DNA from: Candidatus Parcubacteria bacterium
GTDB taxonomy: Bacteria > Patescibacteriota > Minisyncoccia > Phycocordibacterales > Zambryskibacteraceae
NCBI GenBank assembly: GCA_019661785.1
Contig: JAIFWP010000001.1
Span: forward strand, 11,545-75,544
Direction of reading: 5' to 3'
Length of the DNA: 64,000 nt
The translations under genes and the position numbers were made by a program. The notes under the pieces were generated by a model that worked only from the letters and a program-made list of their open reading frames with translations, did not search any database and was not told where the DNA came from. Below, piece after piece: positions 18,801 to 26,813 of the stretch (position 1 is the stretch's first letter; the number at the start of each line of letters is the position of its first letter).

Positions 18801-19217
18801 ATGACCCTTCAAATCATATTCGCAGCGTCCGGCGTGGGCATAGCCGCCATCATCTGGGCCAAGGTCCTAGAGGATAAGCACAAGAGGAAGCCCGCACTCC
18901 TGCGCCTTATCTCTCTCGGCGACGCGCATGCCCGCACTCTCTCGCACGAGCTCTCGCGCAGATACTTCGAGTGGAAGGAGGAAGCGGATTTCTTCCTCAA
19001 TAAGGAACTCCCTTTTCGCACGAGGACCTTCATCAATAAGACCAACGTTACGGTCAAAGAGAGGTTCGACAAGCATGTGGGGGACATCCGTGGGTCCAAG
19101 TTCCTAAAGAAGAACGACGGTTTGAACGAATTTTTCAAGAATCTTTCCGAAAAAGAGAATGGTCGGATTGATGACGAATTATCACAGGATAGTTCGGAGA
19201 TTGAACCAAGAAGCTAA
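18801..19217 (+). CDS. Hypothetical membrane-anchored protein
   Basis: 138 aa, N-terminal TM helix then a Lys/Glu-rich soluble region. Sits in the slot usually occupied by pyrH/frr but matches neither. Confidence 0.4.
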   Translation: MTLQIIFAASGVGIAAIIWAKVLEDKHKRKPALLRLISLGDAHARTLSHELSRRYFEWKEEADFFLNKELPFRTRTFINKTNVTVKERFDKHVGDIRGSKFLKKNDGLNEFFKNLSEKENGRIDDELSQDSSEIEPRS

Positions 19218-19243
19218 AAGCTATAAGCTTGAAGCAGTTACGT

Positions 19244-19319
19244 GCCGCCTTAGCTCAGTTGGTAGAGCAACACTTTTGTAAAGTGAAGGTCCTCGGTTCG
19301 AATCCGAGAGGCGGCTCCA
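19244..19319 (+). tRNA. tRNA-Thr (anticodon UGU)
   Basis: Cloverleaf: acceptor GCCGCCT/AGGCGGC, D-arm GCTCAGTTGGTAGAGC, anticodon loop TTTGTAA, T-arm GGTTCGAATCC, encoded CCA. Confidence 0.9.
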
Positions 19320-19326
19320 AATTTAA

Positions 19327-20040
19327 CTAGTTACTAGTCGGTGTCGAGGTGGCGGCGGTGGAGGAGGCCTTGAGGGCGTTTAGGCGCTCTTGCTCAACCT
19401 TGAGGCGGGCGAGGGCTGGGATGGACTTCTCGAGCTCTGAGAGGGGTCTGAAGCCGTAGTAGGGGTCGCCGTTAACGACGAGTACTGGCAAGGTCGGACC
19501 GAGCTTATATATGGCCCTTAAGGTGTGCATAGCCTCAAGGTCGAGGTTGTAGTCGAAGGAGTATATGCGTAGGTCAGGGAACTCGTCATGGAGGGCGGTG
19601 AGCACGTAGCCCATCTTCTGGCAGTCGTCACAGTCGCCAGCATTGGAGTAGAAGTAGAGTATGAAGGTTGGGTGCGTGCCGCACTTCTCTGTCACTCTTT
19701 TCATTAGCAGATAATCGCGGATTTCTAGGAGCGAGTACTGGCTTTTGAGCAGGATGACGTTCTCGTTGTCGGTGCCTCTTTGCGCCTCCGCTACGGAGAG
19801 CTTGTCGGCCAGGTCGCCAAGTTCCTTGGATAGGGTGATGGTCTTGCCCACATCCTTGCAGGAGGTCTCCTCTAGGAGCTGGGACTGCGTCTCTGAGGCC
19901 AAGATGTCAAAGGAGAGCTGGTCCTCGATTCCCTGTATGGTAGCGAGCTTCTTCTGCGAGAAGTAGTTGGATACGAAAAGGGCTGTGCCAAAGATAATGG
20001 CCGTGATAAGAAAAGCGAAGAGGTATTTGCGGTTGTCCAT
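19327..20040 (-). CDS. Membrane-anchored thioredoxin-fold protein with CDDC active-site motif
   Basis: N-terminal TM and a helical linker. The thioredoxin fold reads FILYFYSNAGDCDDCQ...TLPVLVVNGDPYYG, with the cis-Pro in the expected place. Confidence 0.55.
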   Translation of the reverse strand: MDNRKYLFAFLITAIIFGTALFVSNYFSQKKLATIQGIEDQLSFDILASETQSQLLEETSCKDVGKTITLSKELGDLADKLSVAEAQRGTDNENVILLKSQYSLLEIRDYLLMKRVTEKCGTHPTFILYFYSNAGDCDDCQKMGYVLTALHDEFPDLRIYSFDYNLDLEAMHTLRAIYKLGPTLPVLVVNGDPYYGFRPLSELEKSIPALARLKVEQERLNALKASSTAATSTPTSN

Positions 20041-20052
20041 GCGTGGCGGGGC

Positions 20053-21300
20053 CTATTTCCAGCTTATCTGCTTCCGCATGAGAGTACTATAAGTCGCCTT
20101 AGCAAGCCAGAGGGGAGGAAGGAAGATGTATAGAGCGAGGTAGTAGAACACATCCTTGCCCAGACGCACTCGACCCTCTGATATTTTGAGCGAGAAGAAG
20201 AGGAGGACTAGAGAGAGGGCCACAGCTGTCGAAGCGAGCCAGAACATGGTGCCGGTATCCATAGCAAACCAGTTAATGCTGAAGCTTGGCACATGAGGGT
20301 TGAAGCCGACTGCCTGGTACTTGAGCATCTGGTCGGGGATTTTTGCCACCATGCTCCAGACGAAGTTGCCCGCGGCGTATAAAGTGCTGAAGATAGAGAA
20401 GGTGGCCATGGGCAGGATGTAAACTCCTATGTGCCCATACTTCTTGTTGAAGTACATGTCGCGATAGTCGAAGGCATTGTTCAAGAATCCATAAGCCCAG
20501 CGCACTCGTTGCTTGTAGAGGCCTTTTAGCTTAGCTGGACCGATAGTGTATACAAAGGCGCTGTGGGAGTTGGCTATCTTGTAACCATGCTTCTGCATGC
20601 GGAGAGCCATCTCCATGTCCTCGGTGTGGTGAGCATGGCGATAGCCTCCAAGCTCGCTAAAGACCCTCGTGCGGAAGATGGAGAAAGGTCCAGGGGTGAC
20701 ATAGAGAGCCCCCATGGAGGCGAGTATTCGGCGCAGGAGGATGCCCCAGCTGTACTCTATCTTCTGCACATACTGGAGGACTGTCTTAGGCTCGTGGATT
20801 TTAATAGATGGGGTAACAGCCATGGTGTTCTCATCGTTGAAGTAGGGGACTATCTTCCTTAGAGCGGCGCTGTCGACGAAGGAGTCGGCATCGAGACAGC
20901 CCACAAGCTCGGTATCTACGATGGCGAGGCCGGCGTTAAGCGCGGCAAATTTGCTCCCCTCATTACGCTTCGAGAGTATTCTCACCTGAGGATGGTCTTT
21001 GAACTTCTGAAGCACTTTGAGTGTGCCGTCCGTAGAGCCGTCATCTACGAGGATGAGGGACAGGCTCTGGCTGGGGTAGTCGAGGTCAAGGAGGGATTTA
21101 ACGGTCTTCTCTACCGACCTCTCCTCGTTAAAAGAGGGCACAATGATAGAGACCGACGGGTAATGGCCGACCTCCTTTCCGTCGTGCTCCTTCTCGAACT
21201 TTATCTCCTCACGAATCTCAAAATAAGTGATGAGCAAAAGAATCTCGAAGAAGAGCGAGGCAAAAAGCGTAAAGTATAGGAAAAGACTAGAAATGGCCAT
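20053..21300 (-). CDS. Processive family-2 glycosyltransferase (PgaC/IcaA/NodC/HasA-like synthase)
   Basis: N- and C-terminal TM helices. GT-A core with VDDGSTDGT, DAD (CLDADSFVD) and the processive QRVRWAYG (QxxRW) motif. 415 aa. Confidence 0.85.
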   Translation of the reverse strand: MAISSLFLYFTLFASLFFEILLLITYFEIREEIKFEKEHDGKEVGHYPSVSIIVPSFNEERSVEKTVKSLLDLDYPSQSLSLILVDDGSTDGTLKVLQKFKDHPQVRILSKRNEGSKFAALNAGLAIVDTELVGCLDADSFVDSAALRKIVPYFNDENTMAVTPSIKIHEPKTVLQYVQKIEYSWGILLRRILASMGALYVTPGPFSIFRTRVFSELGGYRHAHHTEDMEMALRMQKHGYKIANSHSAFVYTIGPAKLKGLYKQRVRWAYGFLNNAFDYRDMYFNKKYGHIGVYILPMATFSIFSTLYAAGNFVWSMVAKIPDQMLKYQAVGFNPHVPSFSINWFAMDTGTMFWLASTAVALSLVLLFFSLKISEGRVRLGKDVFYYLALYIFLPPLWLAKATYSTLMRKQISWK

Positions 21301-21324
21301 AAATCTCAGTTACTATATCGTATA

Positions 21325-22485
21325 ATGCCCGATTTGCAAAAAACGCATCATATATCCTTAGACGATGAGAAGGCCCTTATCCTTAGCCTCGACAAGCGCA
21401 CTGACGCCGAGAGCGCCCGCATGCGCCGCTACCTCGGCATGCCCGACCTCTCAAGGACGCATGGGAGCCCTATACATGAGATGGTTGAGCGAGTCTTAGC
21501 GAGGCCCGAGTTCAAAAACTTCGACATCATAGAGACTCCTGAGATTGTTCCTGCGGATATAAGCTTCGACCTTTTCGACTTTCCGGCTAATCATCCGGCT
21601 CGCAGCTCGTCCGACACGTATTATGTTACCGACAAGAACATTCTCCGTACGCACACAACGGTGATGTGGTACTACTACCTGCAGTTGCCTGAAGTACGTG
21701 AGCGGATGGCGCGCGGCGAGTCGGTGGGCAGCTTCTCTTTCGGCAAAGTATATAGAAAGGACGAGATAGACAGAAACCACATGAATGTCTTCCATCAGCT
21801 CGACGGGTGGTATCTCGCGCCAAAGGACAAAGAGCCGCTCGGCGAGGAAGAGCTCAAGGGAGTCCTCCTGTCTATTGCCAAAGCTGTCTTCGGCGAAGCG
21901 GTCATAAGCCGATTCAACCCAGATACCTTCCCCTACACCAACCATTCGCTTGAGATGGAGATAGATAAAAATGGCAAATGGGTCGAGGTTTTGGGAAGCG
22001 GGATAGTGAAGGATAGCGTATTAGAGAAGTTTGGCATTGATTCGACGAAGTGGAACGGCTGGGCCTTCGGCTTCGGGCTCGAGCGGCTGGCTATCATCTC
22101 AATGGAGCTTCCAGACATCCGACTCCTGTGGTCGGAGGACGAACGAGTGAAGAAGCAGCTTGTACTTGGGCAGAAATATAAGGAAGTATCTAAGTTCCCA
22201 CCCGTAGTACGCGATATTTCGTTTGTGGTGGATAATGCCTCCTTTGTCTTAAATGATTACTTTGACTCTATCCGCGAGATTGGAGGCGACCAAGTGGAGC
22301 AAGTCGAGCTCATCGATAAGTATGAGAATGCCGCTAAGTTCGGCGCAGACAAAACAAGCTACACCTTCCGCATTACCTATAGAGATCTCAACAAGACACT
22401 GACTAACTCTGAAGTTAACGACATGCATGCCAAGGTTGAGGAGGCTACGGCTAAGGAATTCGGCGGGGTAATACGTCTCTCGTAA
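21325..22485 (+). CDS. pheS: Phenylalanyl-tRNA synthetase alpha-type catalytic core fused to a C-terminal FDX-ACB (anticodon-binding) domain (monomeric mitochondrial-type PheRS architecture)
   Basis: Class II motifs NHPARSSSDTYYV, LRTHTT and GWAFGFGLERLAII. The C-terminal ~100 aa (VVRDISFVVD...TSYTFRITYRDLNKTLTNSEVN...) matches the FDX-ACB domain normally at the PheT C-terminus. No pheT adjacent. Confidence 0.85.
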   Translation: MPDLQKTHHISLDDEKALILSLDKRTDAESARMRRYLGMPDLSRTHGSPIHEMVERVLARPEFKNFDIIETPEIVPADISFDLFDFPANHPARSSSDTYYVTDKNILRTHTTVMWYYYLQLPEVRERMARGESVGSFSFGKVYRKDEIDRNHMNVFHQLDGWYLAPKDKEPLGEEELKGVLLSIAKAVFGEAVISRFNPDTFPYTNHSLEMEIDKNGKWVEVLGSGIVKDSVLEKFGIDSTKWNGWAFGFGLERLAIISMELPDIRLLWSEDERVKKQLVLGQKYKEVSKFPPVVRDISFVVDNASFVLNDYFDSIREIGGDQVEQVELIDKYENAAKFGADKTSYTFRITYRDLNKTLTNSEVNDMHAKVEEATAKEFGGVIRLS

Positions 22486-22486
22486 T

Positions 22487-23077
22487 ATGGCATGGATATA
22501 TAGAGTTGGTCTTCTGAAAAGCGATGTTGATGAGTCTTTGCTTAAAAAGTCTGAGCTCAAGTATGAGGAAGTGGAGGTGGAGACTGCTCTACGCGCGCAT
22601 ATAGATGAGACTTTAGGGAAGCCATATAAACTCCAGACATCTATGCGAGAGGATGCCCCAAACTTCTTCAGCTGTTCGTCCTTGCCGAGTTACCTATATG
22701 TTTTTGCCGGAGTGTTCATGCCGAGCCTCGTCATAGAGAAGTTTAATTTTACTAAGCCAGTTACTCGAGAGGAGCTAAGGTTTGGCGACTTCGTCTACTC
22801 CTTCAACGATGCAGATGTGGACAGGAAGTCGCCGAACCACATGGGCATATATATGGGTGATGGCAAAATCCTCCAAGCCGCAGGGTATTGGTATAAGGGG
22901 CAAGTGCTCATCGAGGATCTGGACAAGAGCCCTTCCTTCGAAAATATTGTAGGATATGGCAGAGTAGTAGATGACTTGAGCGAGAAGCGATATGTGGTCG
23001 AGATACCCGAGGACAGGCCCGACTTGCAAAATAAGAACAATTTGATAAAAGAGTTAGAAAAATATGGCCACCAATAA
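22487..23077 (+). CDS. NlpC/P60 family papain-like cysteine peptidase (no signal peptide)
   Basis: Catalytic Cys in FSCSSLPSYLY, His in NHMGIYMGDGKILQA. Starts 1 nt after the pheS stop. Confidence 0.8.
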   Translation: MAWIYRVGLLKSDVDESLLKKSELKYEEVEVETALRAHIDETLGKPYKLQTSMREDAPNFFSCSSLPSYLYVFAGVFMPSLVIEKFNFTKPVTREELRFGDFVYSFNDADVDRKSPNHMGIYMGDGKILQAAGYWYKGQVLIEDLDKSPSFENIVGYGRVVDDLSEKRYVVEIPEDRPDLQNKNNLIKELEKYGHQ

Positions 23078-23702
23078 GCCAGCCAGCAAAGATAGGCGAC
23101 AAAAGCCCGAGACCAAGGTCACGGTGAAGACCATTTTGCCTGTACCCTTTGTCTCGCAGTACGAGATAGGACGCGACTCCGACGGTCTCTCGCGCGCCTG
23201 CGGCGCCGCTTGCGTGAAGATGGTTCTCGACTACAGGGGCGGTGAGGCTCCCAACTTCCTTGCTCTCGTGCGCGAGGGTCAGACTATGCGTGGGGCGTAC
23301 ATCTCCGGTATCGGCTGGACTCATGCTGGACTTGCAGCACTCCTAAGGAACCACAACGTCGGTGCCTATGCCGAGGAGTTCCGCGCGGTTGATGTCGATG
23401 CCAAGAACAGGGAGTTCCTCCCATCGCACTTCGAGGCTGGACATATTGAGCGCGGTATACAAAAGATTGCAGGCAAGATTTTAGACTGGAAGCAGCCAGT
23501 CATCGTCTCAGGAGTGAAGAATTGGAAAGAGAAGGACAAATGGCACCTCATGGTGGTCACAGGCGTAGAGAAGGATGGAGACAGGATAGCCGGCTTTTTC
23601 TATCACGACCCAGACGACGAGGACAAAGATGGTCGAGACAACTTCGTAGACAAGGAAACCTTCCGCACCTACTGGCGCAAGTTTGCGATATTCGTGGACT
23701 AA
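23064..23702 (+). CDS. Stand-alone peptidase C39-like (papain-fold) domain protein
   Basis: Q(x13)CGAACVKMVLDYRG matches the C39 Q...CG.AC..M..Y.G block. His in WHLMVVTG, Asp in YHDPDD. No ABC transporter domain and no signal peptide. Confidence 0.7.
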   Translation: MATNKPASKDRRQKPETKVTVKTILPVPFVSQYEIGRDSDGLSRACGAACVKMVLDYRGGEAPNFLALVREGQTMRGAYISGIGWTHAGLAALLRNHNVGAYAEEFRAVDVDAKNREFLPSHFEAGHIERGIQKIAGKILDWKQPVIVSGVKNWKEKDKWHLMVVTGVEKDGDRIAGFFYHDPDDEDKDGRDNFVDKETFRTYWRKFAIFVD

Positions 23703-23737
23703 GGTAGAGTTAAGTCAGGCCTGAACCCGGAGGACGA

Positions 23738-23980
23738 ATGGACGGCATAACCGATCTTTCCCCCCGCGGTACACACACACGCACACATGTAGTCTACAAA
23801 GAGTTCAGATATGTGCCCGACACGGCCGGTACTGAAAGCCTTGTCGATAAAGCAGGAGAAGAGTCTGCTGCCGAAGTTGCAGAAGTCCCCGTGATTCCGG
23901 ACATCGAGGGCGAGAACCTGCCTTATTTTCAACTCATTCTCCTCGAGCTCCTTACCGACGAAACCCGCCTCGCATCCTGA
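23738..23980 (+). CDS. Possible small acidic protein (80 aa) or 3' UTR
   Basis: ORF lies between the C39 gene and a strong + strand terminator. Contains an (ac)n microsatellite. Coding status uncertain. Confidence 0.25.
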   Translation: MDGITDLSPRGTHTRTHVVYKEFRYVPDTAGTESLVDKAGEESAAEVAEVPVIPDIEGENLPYFQLILLELLTDETRLAS

Positions 23981-23985
23981 GGCGG
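23953..23985 (+). terminator. Strong rho-independent terminator
   Basis: aacccgcctc-gcatcct-gaggcgggtt perfect 10-bp stem then gtttt. Confidence 0.75.
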
Positions 23986-24019
23986 GTTGTTTTACTTATA
24001 AAAGAGAACCGCGCACTAG

Positions 24020-24673
24020 CTAGTGCGCGGTGGAGAGGCCCAATGCTCGGACAAAGAGCTTAATGACATCATCGACCTTGCCACTCATCACCAGGTCGAT
24101 ATGCTTGTCCTCCATACCGCATTCGCCGAGCTTTTGGAGGAAGAGCTCTTTGTGCTTGTCTGGTGGCGGGAGCGGGGTAGGCAGTGTGTCGGCGCCCTTC
24201 TCTTGGGCAGGAAGGCCGAGTATTTCCACCATCGTCTTTCTTGCTTCGGCCAGGGTCTGCTTTTTGTTGCCCATCTCTTCGATCAGGCAATAAGCAGCGT
24301 TGCTACCGGCGCTCTCTGTACTGAGGATGCAGATGAGGCCGAGGAGGAGATGTTCGGTGCCGACGTAGCTCATGCTGAGCCCTCGAGCCTCCGACATGGC
24401 CGACTCGAGCACTTTCTTGGCTTTGAAGGTATAGGGGAGATCCGGGCCCGCCTTCCCTTTGCCCTTTGACAACCTTTTCTCGATCTCTCTATTAAGCTTG
24501 TCGAGGTCGATATTGAGGCGGAGCAGGATCGTTGCGCCAACCCCTTCCCCCTCGCGCAGCAACCCGAGCAGGATGTGCTCAGGCCCGACGAACTCGTGAT
24601 GGAAACGCGCTGCTTCCTCGCGAGCCATTGAAAGGACCTTGCGTACTCGTTCGGTAAAGTTGTAGCCGTTCAT
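24020..24673 (-). CDS. Stand-alone Clp N-terminal domain protein (two Clp_N repeats)
   Basis: Repeat 1 FTERVRKVLSMAREEAARFHHEFVGPEHILLGLL. Repeat 2 YTFKAKKVLESAMSEARGLSMSYVGTEHLLLGL. No AAA+ module follows. Confidence 0.78.
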   Translation of the reverse strand: MNGYNFTERVRKVLSMAREEAARFHHEFVGPEHILLGLLREGEGVGATILLRLNIDLDKLNREIEKRLSKGKGKAGPDLPYTFKAKKVLESAMSEARGLSMSYVGTEHLLLGLICILSTESAGSNAAYCLIEEMGNKKQTLAEARKTMVEILGLPAQEKGADTLPTPLPPPDKHKELFLQKLGECGMEDKHIDLVMSGKVDDVIKLFVRALGLSTAH

Positions 24674-24752
24674 GGACCCCTCCTGGGGCAGCTGGATGTC
24701 TATTCCCACCCTATCATTTACCCCTAAAATTTGCTATAATTATGGGTACCAA

Positions 24753-26813
24753 ATGCCCGAAAAAGCCAAGCAAACAGGCCATAAATACGACGCCCAATCC
24801 ATCACCGTCCTTGAGGGTCTGGAACCTGTCCGCAAGAGACCCGGGATGTACATTGGTACGACGGGTCCCGACGGCCTCCATCACCTCATCTGGGAGATTT
24901 TTGACAACTCACGCGACGAGGCCATGGGCGGCTTTGCGAGCGACATTGAGGTGGCTCTTCTGCCAAGTAACCGCATCAGAGTAGTCGACAACGGCCGCGG
25001 CATACCAGTCGACACTCACAAGCAGACCAAGGTATCGGCTCTTGAGACTATCATGACTACGCTCCATGCCGGAGGTAAGTTCTCTGGCGAGGGCTACCAA
25101 GTCTCGGGCGGACTGCACGGTGTGGGCGCCTCGGTAGTGAATGCCCTCTCCACTTACTGCCGCGTTGACGTGCACAAGGACGGCGGTATCTACATGCAGG
25201 AGTACGCTATGGGCAAGCGCAAGGCCGCAGTGAAGAAGGTGGGTTCTACCAAACAGCAAGGCACAGTTGTGACCTTCCAGCCTGACCCATCCATATTCCC
25301 CGACACCAACTTCGACTTCAAAAAGGTTGTGAACCACTTGCGCCAGCAGGCTTACCTCGTTAAGGGCCTTCGCATCACTGTCATTGACGCCAGAGAAACT
25401 CCTAAGGTGGATGCAGAAGACGTCTTCTACGTCCGCGAGCTAGGACTTGAGGCACCAAGCATGGGCTTCTACTTCGAGGGCGGGCTCATGTCCTTGGTTA
25501 AGTTTGAGAACCAGCTCCAGAAGCCGGTACACAAAAATATCTTCTATGTGGAGAAAGCTGCCAATGGTAACGACTATGAGACTGTCGAGGTAGCGTTACA
25601 GTATGTCGACGACATCTCCTCGCGCATATTGCCCTTCGCCAACAACATCTACAATGCCGAGGGCGGCACGCATGTCACAGGCTTCAAGACCGCTCTCACC
25701 AGAACTTTAAACACATACGCCCGCAAAAATAATTTAGTGAAGGAGAGCGAGGACAACTTCACTGGTGAGGATGTGCTCGAGGGTCTTACGGCTGTCATCT
25801 CGGTCAAACTGCGTGAGATACAGTTCGAGGGTCAGACTAAGGGCAAGCTTGGCTCAGTAGAGGCTCAGGCTATGGTCACAACCATCTTCGGTGAGGCTTT
25901 CTCTGCCTTCCTTGAGGAGAACCCAGACGACGCTAGAGCCATGATAAACAAGGTGGTCCTCGCCCTTAAGGCCAGGAAGGCTGCTAAGGCTGCTAAGGAC
26001 TCTGTGCTGCGCAAGGGCGCTCTTGAGGGCATGACCCTGCCCGGCAAGCTCGCAGACTGCTCCTCGCGCTCAGCTGAGGAGTCTGAGCTCTTCATCGTAG
26101 AGGGAGACTCTGCCGGCGGTACGGCCAAGATGGGCCGCGACAGGCGCACTCAGGCTATCCTGCCTTTGCGCGGAAAGATTTTGAACATCGAACGTGCTCG
26201 TTTGGACCGTATGCTTGGGAGCGAGCAAATCAAGAACCTCGTTGTGGCTCTCGGTACAGCCATAGGAGACACCTTCGACCTCTCTAAACTCCGCTACCAT
26301 AAGATAATCATAGCTACGGATGCCGACGTCGACGGCGCGCACATACGCACGCTCCTCCTCACGCTCTTCTACCGACACTTCCGCCTAGTTATCGATGGGG
26401 GCTTTATATACATCGCGCAGCCGCCTCTCTACAAGATAAGGAAGGGTAAGGAAGTGCACTATGCGTACACAGACGCGGAGAAGAACAAGATTGTCGGAGC
26501 TGATATAAACGTCGAGGATACTATTGAGGAGAATGCCGAAATAAATACAGAGGATACCGAAGCAGAGGAAGAGGAGAACCCAAAGAAGAAGTCAGCTAAA
26601 GTCTCTATCCAGCGCTACAAAGGTCTGGGAGAAATGAACGCAGAGGAGCTCTGGGAGACGACCATGGACCCTAAGGTCCGCATATTGAAGCAAGTCACCG
26701 TGGAAGACGCTCGCGATGCCGACAAAGTCTTCGACATCCTCATGGGCACCGATGTCCCGTCCCGCAAATCCTTCATCCAGTCAAACGCAAAGAAAGCTAC
26801 GCTCGACGTTTAA
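24753..26813 (+). CDS. gyrB: DNA gyrase subunit B
   Basis: GHKL ATPase N-terminus (GLHHLIWEIFDNSRDEA), Toprim EGDSAGG, PLRGKILN, QRYKGLGEM. Extended -10 tgcTATAAT at 24732-24740. Confidence 0.92.
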   Translation: MPEKAKQTGHKYDAQSITVLEGLEPVRKRPGMYIGTTGPDGLHHLIWEIFDNSRDEAMGGFASDIEVALLPSNRIRVVDNGRGIPVDTHKQTKVSALETIMTTLHAGGKFSGEGYQVSGGLHGVGASVVNALSTYCRVDVHKDGGIYMQEYAMGKRKAAVKKVGSTKQQGTVVTFQPDPSIFPDTNFDFKKVVNHLRQQAYLVKGLRITVIDARETPKVDAEDVFYVRELGLEAPSMGFYFEGGLMSLVKFENQLQKPVHKNIFYVEKAANGNDYETVEVALQYVDDISSRILPFANNIYNAEGGTHVTGFKTALTRTLNTYARKNNLVKESEDNFTGEDVLEGLTAVISVKLREIQFEGQTKGKLGSVEAQAMVTTIFGEAFSAFLEENPDDARAMINKVVLALKARKAAKAAKDSVLRKGALEGMTLPGKLADCSSRSAEESELFIVEGDSAGGTAKMGRDRRTQAILPLRGKILNIERARLDRMLGSEQIKNLVVALGTAIGDTFDLSKLRYHKIIIATDADVDGAHIRTLLLTLFYRHFRLVIDGGFIYIAQPPLYKIRKGKEVHYAYTDAEKNKIVGADINVEDTIEENAEINTEDTEAEEEENPKKKSAKVSIQRYKGLGEMNAEELWETTMDPKVRILKQVTVEDARDADKVFDILMGTDVPSRKSFIQSNAKKATLDV

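Noticed and set aside
23766-23785. (ac)n-like microsatellite acacacacgcacaca as a possible repeat or CRISPR-like element.
   Set aside because: Single short imperfect dinucleotide tract with no spacer/repeat periodicity. It is recorded only as part of the uncertain small ORF.
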